Origin: Marsupella aquatica
Lineage: Eukaryota; Plantae; Marchantiophyta
Direction of reading: 5' to 3'
NCBI GenBank assembly: GCA_973895155.1
Contig: OZ316899.1
Location: 12,465,934-12,529,933, forward strand
DNA length: 64,000 nt
Shown piece by piece: positions 11,828-25,019 of this stretch. The notes beneath the pieces were generated by a model. It was not told the origin of the DNA. It saw nothing but the letters and a program-made list of their open reading frames with translations, and ran no database searches. Each line of letters begins with the position of its first letter. The first letter of the stretch is position 1. The position numbers and the translations under genes are program-made.

Positions 11828-14800
11828 AGGAGCCCCTGCGGAAGTTCATTCAGAAGTTTCAGAAAATTGCTGCCAAGATCCGACCTAGGCTGGGTGACGC
11901 GCTCCAACTTACGTGGTTCCTCCATGGTTTGCCCACGAATATGCAATTCTGGGTGCGCCAGAATAACCCAATTTCAATGCAAGCAGCCATAGCGTGCGCC
12001 GAAACCTACCGGGAGTCCACCTATAACTCCCGGTGAAGCCAGCGGGCACGCCGCAGGAAGGGGCAAGTACGAGACCTTCAGTGACAGTAACTCCGAATCG
12101 GACGACGAGAAGAAGAAGAAACGCAAGAAGAAGAAGAAACATCATTCAACCTCGTCAAGTTCGAAGACAGAATCTAGTTCGGATTCGACTTCGACCAACG
12201 GATCCTCCACTTCTAGCTCATCAAGAAGCGATTCGGAGAGCAAGAGCCGGAAAAAAAGAAGAAGAGGCGGGTTAAGAAGGAGGGAAAAATCAAGCCCCAT
12301 GTTTGAAGAATGATACCCAATCCAAAGGCCGCCGAAGCAGACAAGATTAAAAAAATCACGGATCGTCTCAAAGCACTGTCGGTACATCTTGCGGAAAAGC
12401 CTATGGAGAAGAAGAAGCCACCCGAGACCCGAGCACATGCGTGGTGTTCAAAGTGTTTCCAATCCGGGCATGTAGTGCAAGAATGCCCAAGATGGAAGAA
12501 CCGAGTCCACTAGGTGGAATTAGATGATGTTGACAACACGGGACCTGAATCGGAGTCCACTGAGTATTTCTTTGAAGATCCCCCGGATTCGGTGTATCAG
12601 ATTTCAACGGTGGGTCCGCATAACTTAGCAGGTAGAACTGCATACCCCTACCCAAACAATGGCAAAAGTTTCCAAGTTATCAATAACCCGAGCATTCCTC
12701 CTAAGCCAGGGATTTGGCGATCCCCAGTTTGTTACAACTGTGAGAAGCCAGGCCACTTTGCGAGGGAATGCACCGAACCAAGACGCCAGGGGGATGGCCG
12801 AGGCACACCACTATGTCAAGTCTGCAAAACGGAAGCTCACTCCATGGCCAACTGTCCATTGGTAATAGCCACTCGAACAAGCGCAACAAGACCGGCCCAG
12901 GGCGGACCGGCCACGAGCGATGCAGTCATCCAAATGATTGTTGTGGAATGGCAAGATGACAACACCAAGTGGGTAAATCTGGTGGACGTGGCGGAGCACC
13001 CTAATCCATTGAACGAGGCTGAGTGCTACCGAGTGTCAACAAGAGCCGAGCGGAAGGAAGAAAAACAGGAAGAAAAACGCAGGAAAAAGCAAGATACTAC
13101 TCCAGTGCAGCCAGCGATAGATATACCCCCGGAGAAGGACGATGACTACCATCGGGATGACCCAAAGCTATTTTATCCCCACATCAAAGAATTGGTAAAG
13201 AAACAGTTGGAGGCCTACGAAGCTCAGGAATACCAGAAAGCAATCGATAAGGACATCAAAGCTGCCGAGGTCGCCCGACGACAGGAGCAAGAAAAGCAGG
13301 AGGAAACCAAGCAGCAGCCGAAGGAAGAAAAGAAGGAGGACTATGATATTAATGAAGACGTGAAGAGTTGCCCGGTTACGACAACGGTAGGGCAACTGCT
13401 GTAAAACAATCCAGAGTACGAACGGCAACTGAGGGAGTTGCTTACGGGTTGGCGACGGAGGCGACTACCCCGAGTTGGGATCGCGGACTGCAACATGATA
13501 TGCAAAGACCTAGGAGAGCCGGACATCTCGATTGAGATCAATAATTGTACCATCAAGATGGTTCTTGTAGACGGAGGAGCGGGAGTCAACATCATGACTG
13601 AGGAAACATCAGTCAAGTTAGGATACCTCACGTATCAACCCACAGCCCGAGCTATCAAATTAGCAAACGGGGCAAGGGTCCTTCCATTGGGCACGCTCAC
13701 TCGGGTGCTCACTCTTGTTGGAGGGGTGGAGTTCTATCTCAACTTCCTAGTCATGAGGCTGGTTCGGCCCTCCTCTTATCCGGTCCTTTGGGGCAGACTG
13801 TGGTTGTATGGTGGCCGAGTAATCACGGATTGGGGAAAAAAGGAGCTACGGTTTGGGACACCCACAGTACAAGTATCTTGGGCACTGGATGATTATCGGG
13901 GTGAAACCCCACAGGGACCCGAGGAATATGATTCAGAGACCTCGGAGGAAGAGGAGCTCAATATGATTGAACTCATTTTGTCCCTATCCGAGGAAGATGT
14001 CTTCGGAGTAGAGGCAACCCGGGAAACACATCTCCTGAATTACCAGAAGGTTGCTATTGAGTCCACCCCGAGCACCTCTACCGCCCAGACCGATGAAACA
14101 CAAAAATGGCCCATCAATACGGAGGACACGACTCCAGCTAAGCAGGGAGCCGATGCTGCTTCTACCAGTGCAGAGCCTAGTGACCACGAACCGGCCAAAC
14201 AACTGCCCGAGGCCAAAAACCCGAGACCGAGACATAAGAAACGAGTCTCCTGGGACCCATCCATCCCAAAATTGGAGGAATTAACCCCAAATTTGAAACC
14301 GATCCTAGTTCCACCCATGTACGAAGGAGTTTGGTTAGCTGAGCTGGATGCGAGCCTGGACCCAAAATTGCGGAACCAGGTGGAAGTCATAAGAAAGGAG
14401 CACTACTGGAAGTACACCATTGGTATGGATAAGTCTTTTAACCTGGGCCATGCTTTGACGGGGGAGGCGGAAAAATCTATCCAAGCACTGCTCAAGGAAT
14501 ATGAAGATGTGTTTGCATGGAGCCATCACGATTTGACGGGAGTCTCCCTCGAGTTGGGAGAACACACGATCAATTTGAACTTGGGGCCCATGCAGTATGG
14601 CAGTGGCAACGTTGCATGAACCCGAGGTACTCCATCTTAGTGAAGGAGGAAATTGATCGTCTCCTCGCCGCAGATATCATCTACCCAGTAATGGGCAGCG
14701 ACTGGGTTTCTCCCATTGTCATTGTACCAAAGAAGGGAGGTACGGACGGAAAACCTAAGATTCGGATCTGTCAGGACTATCGTAAGTTGAACGACACAAC

Positions 14801-17800
14801 CCGGAAAGACCATTACCCGTTACCATTCACGGATATGGTTCTCGATATGGTAGCCCGAAACAAAATTTATACATTCCTTGACGGGTATTCGGGTTATAAT
14901 CAAATTTGGATCCGCCTCTCAGATCAGCTCAAAACAATGTTCACTACGGAATGGGGGACGTTCGCATTTCGGAGAATGCCGTTTGGGCTATGTAACGCCC
15001 GGCCATGTTTCAGCGACTCATGATGAATATCTTCCACGATTTCCTCAGGAATTTCTGGAAATATTTATCGACAACTTTGCCATCTTTGGAACCGTCGCCA
15101 TGCACCCCGAACATCTACGACGTACACTACAACGATGCCGAGAGGTTAACCTCAAGCTACATCCCGCCAAATGTTTTTTTGGGGTAGAGGAGGGAGTGTT
15201 ACTCGGACATCGTGTGTCCAAACGGGGTATGGAGGTGGACCAAGAGAAGGTCGCGGCTTGGATGGCGGTGGTGTTTCCCATAGATAAAAAAGCGGTACGA
15301 TCCTTCTTGCGCTGTGTAGGGTACTATCGTTGGTTCATTAAAGATTTTGCTAAAATTGCGTTGCCCTTAACCGAGATGATGAAGAAGGACGCGGTGATCA
15401 AGGAGACACCCAAGAGACGGATTGCTTTCGAAGAACTCCGTAAACAACTCACCACCGCACCTATCATGGTCACCCCGGACTGGAATAAGGAGTTCCATGT
15501 GTATGTCGATGTGTCAGGATTCTGTATCGGATCCGTGCTCAGTCAGCTTGATGAGGACGGACGTGACCACCCCATCTACTTCGCTAGCCGTCAACTATTC
15601 ACAGCCGAACAAAATTATTCTCCCACTGATCGAGAAGCTCTGGGAATAATCTACTCATGTAAGAAGTTCTGGCACTATCTACCTGGCTACAAGGTCATAT
15701 TCCACACGGATCATGATAGCCTGAAGTACATGGTCAACAAAGCGGATGTGACACGACGGATAGCCCGGTGGGTGCTACTTCTCCAGGAATTTAACTATGA
15801 AGTTTGGGTTTGGCCAGGAAAGGCACATCTCAATGCCAACTTCTTTTCAAGGCTGGACGGCGTACCAGTCGATCAGCCAATTAATGATACTTTTCCGGAC
15901 GAGGAGTTATTCCACGTAGGGGTGGGAACGACGACATGGTACGGCTCAATAATCACCTTCCTCTTAACAGGCCGCATCCCCGACGGCATCAATCAGGAGG
16001 TTGCTGCTGTGTTTTTACGAAAGGCCGGGCCATACGTCATGATACAGGGCCACCTACACAAGCAAGGAGTTAATGGGAAGCTATGATGTTGCTTAGAGTA
16101 CAAGGAGACGCTTATCGTTATGCGGGCCTTGCATGAAGAAGAAGCTGGAGGCCATTTCGTGGCTATCATGACAACCCGAAAGATTCTGGATTCAGGGTAT
16201 TGGTGGCCTACGTTGCATCAGGATATACAGCGTTTCATCAAGGGCTATGACCTGTGTCAGCGGGCTGGGGCCCCAAGACGATCTCATCATCACCCTCTCA
16301 CGTCCGTGCTTCCCTTGGCACCTTTCAAAAAGTGGGGTATTGATTATATCAGACCGTTCACTCCCGTTACCCGACAACGAAGATGCAGGTACATCCTGCT
16401 AGCTATAGATTACTCCACCAAATGGGTCAAAGCACGGGCTACGGTAAAGGACGATGCTGCAACCACCGCCAGGTTCTTATACGAGCAAATCTTCACCCGG
16501 TTTGGGCCGCCCTTGGAGTTAGTAAGCGACCGTGGAACACACTTCCTCAATGACACCGTAGCCCAGCTTACGGAGCGTTACCTAGTCAAGCACCGCAAGA
16601 CTACCCCGTATCATCCTAAAGCCAACGGGCTGACAGAGAGAGCCAATGGTATCATCGGGAAGATCCTCAACAAGACAGTAGCCACGAACAAAATGGATTG
16701 GGATGACAAGTTGTACGCAGCGATGTATTCGTATAATCTGGCTTACAAGACTACTACGAGTCACAGCCCGTACTTTCTCGTGTTCGGCCAACATTCTTTG
16801 GTACCAATTGAGTTTGAAGTCCACACTCCCCGGGTAAGCATTCGGGATCGCTTACCCGAAGCTGAAAGTTTGTCAGACAGAGCTTATCAAATTGAAGCAT
16901 TAGAAGAAGCACGGCTATTGGCAGCTCGACAGTCGTCAAACAGCAGGTAGCTTCCAAGAAGCAGCACGACAAAGGACTACGGAAGGTCGACGTCATGACA
17001 GGCAATCTAGTCCTGTTGTACGATAGTAGGTACATGCAGTTTCCGGGGAAGCTTCATACCCGTTGGCTAGGGCCTTTCCAAGTCAATCAGATCTACCCTA
17101 ACAGATCTTTGGAACTTGCAACGTACGCCGGCGATTTACTACCCACGCGAGTCAGTTACGATCATGTGAAGAAGTATGTGAGATAAGGATGTTTATGAAA
17201 GAAGGGTTAACTAACCATAAATTTTAGAATTTTTACATTTAAGATCTTAAATAAGGCTGAAGAGGGACTTGAAGACTACTTTGAAGTGTTATGAGACTTT
17301 CAAGCTGATCTGAGGTCAACCCGGATTGATATTAGAGAAGGAGGATCGACCCGGAACTTTTTACTATAAGCCTGGAATGAGATATAAAACTTATACCGAG
17401 ACTCTACTCAACAACAGCTGTCCATTGCCAAAGTTTTTAAAACCATAAGTCAAACATAGGCACGACCACAGTAGAATCCGGATATAAGGAAGGAGAGTCG
17501 ATCCGGCCTCTCACACCTCTCAAAGCCAAACTTAGTAGGTTTTGAGCTCCCGAGCGCATTAGACTGTTTAAGCAGTAGAGTGAGGAGGCTCTACCTTTTT
17601 GGTAGAGGATCTTGGGTCCTGATTATAGGACCAATCTTGCATTGCATGATGAGAGCCTGGATATGAGGGAACTGACTGATTCGTTGTGAGGGGAATGCCT
17701 ACTCCACCGGTGGAAGTGAAGGCAGGAAGTTTGAGATCCTGATAGTGGATACATCGGTTGTGAGAAGGGAGGCCAGGTCGACCCGGACATCACTATTTCA

Positions 17801-18045
17801 GGCCCGATTGAGTCTAGATTTTCCCCACGTTAAATGACCTTGCATTGTGGTTGACGAAATCTTGATGCAATTCTTCCGAAACGATTTTCAGTTGATCAGA
17901 AACGCTACGGCCAGGTCGACCCAGACATTTCTACCAGTGGTCAAAATCGAAGAGATTGAACATTCTGAAGTCGCATCATTGTAGAGCTTGCCGTAGAGGA
18001 GGCAGAACATTTACCAAAAATCAATTTTCTGCTTCCAGAAATCCT

Positions 18046-19787
18046 ATGGAGCAAGGGGCGGATCCAGCCGGAATGTCCACTTCTCGCGTCTCTAAGGGGC
18101 ATTCAACCTCAACATCACCTGCATCTACTCCGGTTAAAGCCCCTGTGAGACGATCGAAGAGAAAGGAGGTCCCTATTGCCATGAAAATTCTGAGGCCAAC
18201 TATTCCGGACAGTGAAGCTGAGAAGGTCAAACTGAGGGAGTCTTTGCTCAGGATGGGCTGTGAGTCTCTGATGGAGCTACCCTGGAGTTATCAGAGCGAA
18301 GATATGATCAGAGAGATCCGATCCAAGGAGTATCCGGGTGAGTTTAAGGATACCTTCAGAGGCCGACCTGAGCGATGGACTCAGATGATGATTGCAGGAG
18401 CTTTTGTATTGGAAGATGAAGGAGAAGGTCCAGTGGGGAGAGCTGTCAATCTAATCCTCCCTTACTTCAAAGGAGCCATCAACAGTAAGGACGGGTTCAA
18501 TGTTTCTAAGTGTTTGGATCCTGATCTGAGACAAGTCTTCAGCTTTTTGCTACCCCTGCCGTACCCTGAGAAGCCAAGAAGAGTTACTGTTGGAGTTGGC
18601 TCTACCATTGTTGCTGCTTACAAGGGAGAAAGAAAAGTCAACTGGGCTAAGCTTATCTTTGATTTGATAAGGAAGTTGGTACAGAACCTATCCAACAAGA
18701 GTCCTACTCCCCTCTCCTGCTACCTGGTACCTGGTACATCTATATAGCTTTGAAGGAGTTTTGTTCAGAGAGGAGAAGAAATTACTATTGGCCAAGTTCA
18801 ACTTCATAAAGTATGGAGAGACAGATCCAGATATCACCCAGGCCACCTCTGATGACAGTGAGGATGAGGAGCCAGCAGAGACAAATCCTCGAAAGACCCG
18901 GTCTGCTGCCCGGAACCTCGACCCAGACTTTTCCGACCCGGCCTTCTTCGACCCGGCTGAATTTCCGGATGCACCCGGCCATGCCTCCCTAGACACCCTA
19001 GCTGATTTCCAGATCATCTCAGACACATTCCAGAAGGTGAAGAGGAAGACCACTGTGATGGAGAAGGCCATCATTCACTGACATTTCTCAGAAGTTAGGA
19101 GTGAAACCAGGGCAGATTCTTGAGAAGATCTCCACCATGAGTGATACCACAGATAAGAGGAAGTTAGAGAAGGAGAATGAGTTCCTCAAGAAGAAGGTAT
19201 CTGAACTCAAACAGCAGTTGGAAAGGAGTAAGAAGAAGAATGAGCTTGAGCATACTCTCCAACTCAGTATCACTCAATCTTTGGATCTGATTGAGCCTTT
19301 GACCAAGATAGCTTCTCTGGATCTTCTTAAGGCCCAAATTTATGATGAGTATTTGGCCAAGAACACCACACCCATCCTTTTCTCCAAGATTAACCATTTA
19401 GTGGTAGATGTGAGTACCAAGGTGGATGATGCACTTACAGGCCTCTCAAAGACCTGTGAAGCCTTAAGGGAGATGAGTGACTTGACTACTGAGGAGCTAT
19501 TAGCTGATACTGAGATTCCTCCCTTTACTACCAGATCTTTCTCTCCTAGTCCTCATGAAGGAGTCTATTCCACTGACCCCTCATCACCCCTCAACCCTCC
19601 TGGTTTCCCCACTCCCAGTACACACTTCCACTCCCATTCTTACACTTATTCTCATGACCCGAGTGCCATCAGGAGAACATGGATATTGACCCGTCCATCC
19701 CTTTTACCACTGGTCAGCAGGGAGTTTTCCTTCGACCAGAACCCCTTGCCATGGCTAACCCTGAGGAGGTTCCTTCTCAAAAGCTAG
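18046..19787 (+). pseudogene. 3' internal extra ORF of element A, fragmented
   Basis: Three consecutive ORF pieces (17956-18747, 18761-19081, 19101-19787) are collinear with the intact 52615-54201 protein (TPVKAPVRRSKRKE versus TPVKPEVRRSKRKE; YPEKPRRV shared). Confidence 0.85.
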
Positions 19788-20845
19788 GACCAGAATAGAG
19801 TTATATTTAGAGAGTTAGAGCCACATTAGTTTAGACTTAGAAATAACTATATAGATTAGTATATGAGTAAGTAGACTCCAGTATTTTGTTGATGTATCCA
19901 TTGGAGACTCTACTCCATTTTTGACTAGGATAGTTCACTTTTATTTACATATTTCTTTAGACTTGGGTTTTGAATAGGCATGTCTTTTCATAATCTCCAC
20001 TTTTAGTACAAAAGGAGGAGGACCCAAAGTCAACCGGGAGGAGAGAGATACATTTGATTTCCCCATTTTGATTTTGGAGAAATCTATGCCTTTTCTTCCC
20101 TTCTTTTTACCATGGTTAAGTAAAAGGAAGAAGTTTAGCAACCCTTGAGTTGTTGTGAAATGTTCAATGAATACTAGAGTGTGCCTATAATGATATTGGA
20201 AGATCAATGAGATTTGTGATCAATACATTTGGAAGATTCACCAAAGAGGAAATTGACATTTGCACAAAACTCAAACAAGCAATCTTAAGGATTGTAGGAG
20301 AAGTAAACCAATTCGAGTATCCGAGTACCGTCTTAAGCAAGACCAGAAAAGTGTCCCGGTTTGATTTACATTGTTGTCTTCTAAATTCAATAGATGGAGA
20401 AGAGTTGCTACGAGAAATCAAAAAGCATAGAAAATGTTGATTTCTGAATCTTAAATTAGGCCATAATCCTTATTGAAGGAGTGGTGATGGTCAGAAATTC
20501 AATTCCCTTGCACTTTGAAAACTCCTATCTACTCTCTCTCTAGTTTCAATCTTTGTTAATTCTAGTCTTTATTATTGCACTGTGAATCCTAAGGATTACC
20601 CACTTGAGTTTGTGGTTAAACACTTATGTTAAGGAGATCATTAGAAATCTCTCCAACCTAAGAATGTTGGTGTAAACTTCTCAAATTGTGTTAATTCAGT
20701 CTTTTCGATCTTATCCACTCCTAACGGGAATGAAATCGAGTTGTTAAGGAGTAAATAGTCATTTATCTCTTTATCACCTTGCTACAAAGTACCACCATCA
20801 AGATGACAACGCCGAGAGTAATGTTTTCGAGGACGCTTCACAATT

Positions 20846-20858
20846 AAGCAGGGAGCTA
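20846..20858 (+). promoter_or_regulatory. Polypurine tract region of A
   Basis: AAGCAGGGAGCTA immediately before the 3' LTR; element B has nearly the same context (CGCTTC.CAATTAAG...GGAGCTA). Confidence 0.75.
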
Positions 20859-23134
20859 TGTGACGCCGCCGGTACAGCAGGTAATGAGTAATTCGGTCTA
20901 ACCGCGCTTAGCACGCGCATTAGGGGTATCTTAGGCCATTATTATTAGCATAACGATAGTATTTAGGTAGCCATTATGAGTAGGAAATCATTAGTCAATA
21001 AGGGGAATTCATGTTCGGGCTGGCGGCAGGTCGCCATTCGCACGCCCGGGTTGCGAGCATGTAATGGGCCCTTTTTCCCCCTCCCTCGGGTCCGTATAAC
21101 AAACTTTGGGAGGCGGCCACTGACACGAGCTGACCTGGACTGGCGAAGGGGCCAGTACACTACGAGCGTGAAAGGCTCGGCCTATAAGCGACGAGGAGGC
21201 ATCGGGCGATCGATGAGCTCTCAGGGTATAAAAGGGGGGCCGATCCTTTGCAGTGCACCAGCTCTCCAGTCCACGCGCCAGCTTTGATCCCAGCTCTCTC
21301 GCTTTTTCTTAGTCACCTGCTATCTCCTCTGAATGTCGCACACAATCCTTTCCAGTTCGGCCATACAATTCTGGACTCAATTCTTGTCTATCGGAGGGCA
21401 CTTGGCCGACTCATTGAAACATGCCAACCTGCGCTGATATGAGATCGAACGCGAATACGAGAGTCATCCGCCTAGCAGGACGCCACCACTATCTCCTTAA
21501 CTTTGAGTACGCGTCCCACAGCGAGCTTTACCGACCTGAAGAGGTATCAGGGTACTTCTTTGACAGAGGCAAATACAACGGCTTCTGGGAGGCATTGCTT
21601 CGGCTTCCGGATGAGGTCTTCAATATTCCGGGCACGATCAACTTGCAACGGCACCACTTTGACCACATCCCCGCTTGGGTCTGGGCTATCATCAATGGCG
21701 AGTTCAACACTACCCGGTCGACAGGACCATCTTCACTTGTGTCGGAAAACCTCCACCGGCACTTGCAAAACTTCATGGCAACTCTACCATCAACGACCAG
21801 TGCCGACCAACCCGTGCCCGTACCCGCACCTACACCTCCTCGGCCTCAGCCAAGCCGGTCCCCGCCACCGGTTCCACCACCTCTCCGAGTATGATCCATG
21901 GTGAATGCGGTAAATATCAGCTTCAAAGATGAGGAGGCTCACCCTCCTCTGAATTGACGGCCGCGGGGTACGAACAACCCAGCACCACTCCAGCAAGCCC
22001 AAGGGGATAACACGGTAACGCTAGCGGCCCCGGCACCAATACTCACGGCAGTTGCGCTACCACCACCTGACCGAGAGGAAGGAGAGATGTCCCCTTCTTC
22101 TAGTCACCCCGGTAATCAGTCTCGGGGTAGGAAGAGGAAGGAGCCTGCAGCCATATCCGGGTTGCCTTTGGCCACAGTTGCGGTAGCCAAGCTGACCATG
22201 CATCACATGGGGGACAATGTTCACAAGAACATCCTCCACCCCAAGCATGCATGCTATCTAAAGACCCAGGGGTTTGAGCACCTCGCCTCTCTCCCTTGGA
22301 ACGGAAGCAGGTATTACGGGCAGGATATGACGGAGTTCATTCAGAACTTTGACGAGGCCTGCCAACAAACTCGAGCGCACGGGAGAGTGATGTGCCTCGA
22401 TGAGGCACGTCTGAAGATGATTTTTGGCTTACCCGAGGGGATAAATCAGGTAGAGTCGCGGGCTCCAGGGGGCAAGGGAACTAAATACCAGTCATCTAGC
22501 TTCCCGGCCGAGGGGGTAGTGGACAATGGGTTCTTAATGAGGACGTGCCTCATCCTAGAGGTAGCAAAACGCCTAGAGTTCTAGCGGTATGCCCTCCACA
22601 TGATGGAACCCAGAGGAGAAATATCGGCCGCCCAGGTCATCCAGGTGGAGAACTATCGGCCCAGGAAGTGGGCGTCCTGCTTCGTCAAGAAGTTCCACGA
22701 GGAGATGGAGCGGAGAAGGAAGACTTTGTACCTTGGTGGGAGGACGTACTTCGCTAGCCACATTGAAATCATCCTCGAGTGGTACGCTTGTTTTGACCGC
22801 CGGAGCCTCCCGCGTCTCAACGAGCCCGAGCTGACCCCACCAAAATGGGTGTTCCCAATCCAGGTAAGGCGACCGCAGCCCAAGGCCCAAAGTCTGGCAA
22901 CTGCAAGTCGTGCACAACCCACCGCTGCCGCCCCGCCAGGCATACCCATTGACGTTATTGCAACCTTAGATGCGATCAATCGGGACAATGCCATCGAAGC
23001 CGGGCCGGATGAATCCATACCCAAAGCAGATGCCACGGTAGCCGGGAAGATTCCTCCACCCCCTGCGGCTGTGCAGGAGAACCACCCACCTCCAGTGGGA
23101 CCAGCTCCTTCAACCGACTTACCTCAAGGGCTGG
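20859..23134 (+). repeat. 3' LTR of A, truncated by LTR D; holds a decayed second copy of the LTR-A ORF from 21333
   Basis: Aligns to 2788 to about 5077 with many transitions and small deletions. Confidence 0.93.
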
Positions 23135-24990
23135 TGTGACACGGGTAACGTGTCACTTGACCGAACCCAGGTCGTAGATTAGGACTTATACGGTCATTAG
23201 GACCGTAGCCATAGCGTAGAATAGCATGTATAGCCGTCAAGTTGCTATTATGATTAGATTAGGAGTAGGTTAAGATAACCGAATAATTACAAGTTCAGGA
23301 AAGGGATTATTACGCACGACCGAGGTACGGTGGCGGCAGCGGAGTAAAAATCAGTTAGAAGAATCACGCTTGGACCGAGACGCCGACTTCAGCTCGTTAT
23401 CAATGACCAAACAGCCTGAACTTCTCACGCTCGGGCTCGTCCGGGCACCCCCATAAGAGAGGAGCCGATGGCACTGCGGGCCATTCGCTCACGTTCACCT
23501 TTTTTTGGAATTCACGGACGCTGCCATCCGCTCGCCTTTTTGATTGAATCCAGTCGACCTTTACGAGGAAATTATCGAGGGAGAAGAGCGGAATGTGGCG
23601 AGATTTAGTCAGGACGAGCGAGGCCTCCGCAAAAAAGGACCAGCCAGGTGGGAACGTGGACGCAACGAACCGGACTACGAGGTTAGTATGACCCTCACAG
23701 CCTTGGGATTTTGGACCTTGTTTGGCGAGGTAGGTGCTAAGTTCTCCGAGACTTACTGGTACTCTTGCCCCGAGAAAGCCGCTTACGAACGAAGGTACGC
23801 GAAGCTGGTAACCAAGGTAGCACTGGTTAATTGCGAAAGGACAGCCATCACCAGGGATTCTAGCTATAACGAGCTGCGAGACTACATCACCGAACTATAT
23901 CTCAGCGAGGAAGGGCTTAGATCGGTAGTAGAGGCGATTCTTGAGGTTCCAGCTAAGTTCTTTAAGCTGAAGGGCAACCAGCGGCTTACTCAAGCGGAGT
24001 TCGACAAGATCCCGGGGTACCTAGACCAGCAGATCGCAGCCGAAAAGCGCCAAGAAGACATCAGCAGACAATGGGAAGCGGCGCGTAATCTCACGTTCCT
24101 CGGGGAAAGCTCCAATGCCTTCAACTGGGATATGGCTACCCCAGCGCCTCAACCGATGACCACCGGAGTACCGCCAAACCAGTCCCAAGTCCGTCCAGTA
24201 ATCAACGCGGAGTGTTCTTCGGGTTTCGAGCGAGCTAGTCCGCAACTCGAACAACATCCTCGTAGCGGTCAAGGACTACGACGGCCCCCGAATCAACACG
24301 GACCGACGCCGCGCGTGCACCTGCCCCGGCAAACCCCCCGACCAACCAGACCCGATGGCCCGCGGATAACCCGAAGTCCAACTTATTACAGGTAATCCGC
24401 GTCCCCGAGGTAGTCTGGATCGCGATCAAGAAACTCAAACATGCGGACTATCTCAAGGAGCATCAGTTGGAGCGGTTCGCCCACCTACTATGGAGGCCGT
24501 GCGCCGCCGGGCCGAAGGAGATTTGTGAGTTCATCTCCAATTTTGACACTGATGCGTCAACCACCAAGGTTTCGGGGCAGACCTTATCACTCACGGAGCA
24601 TCGGTTAACGCAAATTTTTGGCCTACCAACCGGGCCGGTGCCGGTGGAAATCCGAATTCGGGATAAGGAGTATACGCCGCTGCACTTCAAACCCGAGGGT
24701 AAGACGGACAACGGATACAAGCAGGGGGCGTGCACCAACTTAACCTGTATGGAGCGGCTTAACTTCATACGGACTACCCTACACATGATTGAGCCACGAT
24801 CCGAGATTTCCCTCTGCACGATAGTGCAGGTGGAACAGTACAAACGACGAAACTGGGCCCAATTCTTCTACCGAAGATTCTCGGGGGAGCTGAAGCGGGC
24901 TCAGGGTGGTATGGCTATTGGAGGGAAGACTTACTTGGGGAGTCATATCGCCATTATCCTCGCCTGGTACAAGGCACGGCGGGAGGCCAG
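23135..24990 (+). mobile_element. Family-D LTR, 5' part (end approximate)
   Basis: Abrupt start TGTGACACGGGTAACGTGTCAC inside LTR A; carries an ORF homologous to the LTR-A ORF; switches to AT-rich unrelated sequence near 24990. Confidence 0.75.
23544..24990 (+). pseudogene. LTR-D-encoded accessory protein, frameshifted and truncated
   Basis: KHADYLKEHQLERFAHLLW..ICEFISNF..IFGLP..DNGYKQGAC..LHMIEPRSEI..YLGSHIAIILAWY aligns with LTR-A KHACYLKTQGFEHLASLPW..LHMMEPRGEI..YFASHIKIILEWY. Confidence 0.8.
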
Positions 24991-25019
24991 AGGAAAGAAT
25001 ATATCAGCCTATTCATTAA

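Larger units (their letters stand above)
6877..17186 (+). pseudogene. gag-pol of element A, interrupted by solo LTR C, with multiple stops and frameshifts
   Basis: Gag FKGRHEDDPDEWLDEF, three CX2CX4HX4C knuckles (about 12440-12860), protease LVDGGAG, RT LDGYSGYNQI / MPFGLCNA / FIDNF (catalytic DD changed to DN), RNase H, and integrase WGIDY..LVSDRGTHF..ANGLTER, WLGPF. Confidence 0.95.
2788..23134 (+). mobile_element. Ty3/gypsy non-chromovirus LTR retrotransposon A; decayed, 3' LTR truncated
   Basis: Direct repeats start at 2788 and 20859 (TGTGA(T/C)GCCGCCGGTAC). PBS at 6761, gag-PR-RT-RH-INT at 6877-17186, 3' extra ORF, and a purine tract before 20859. Confidence 0.95.
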
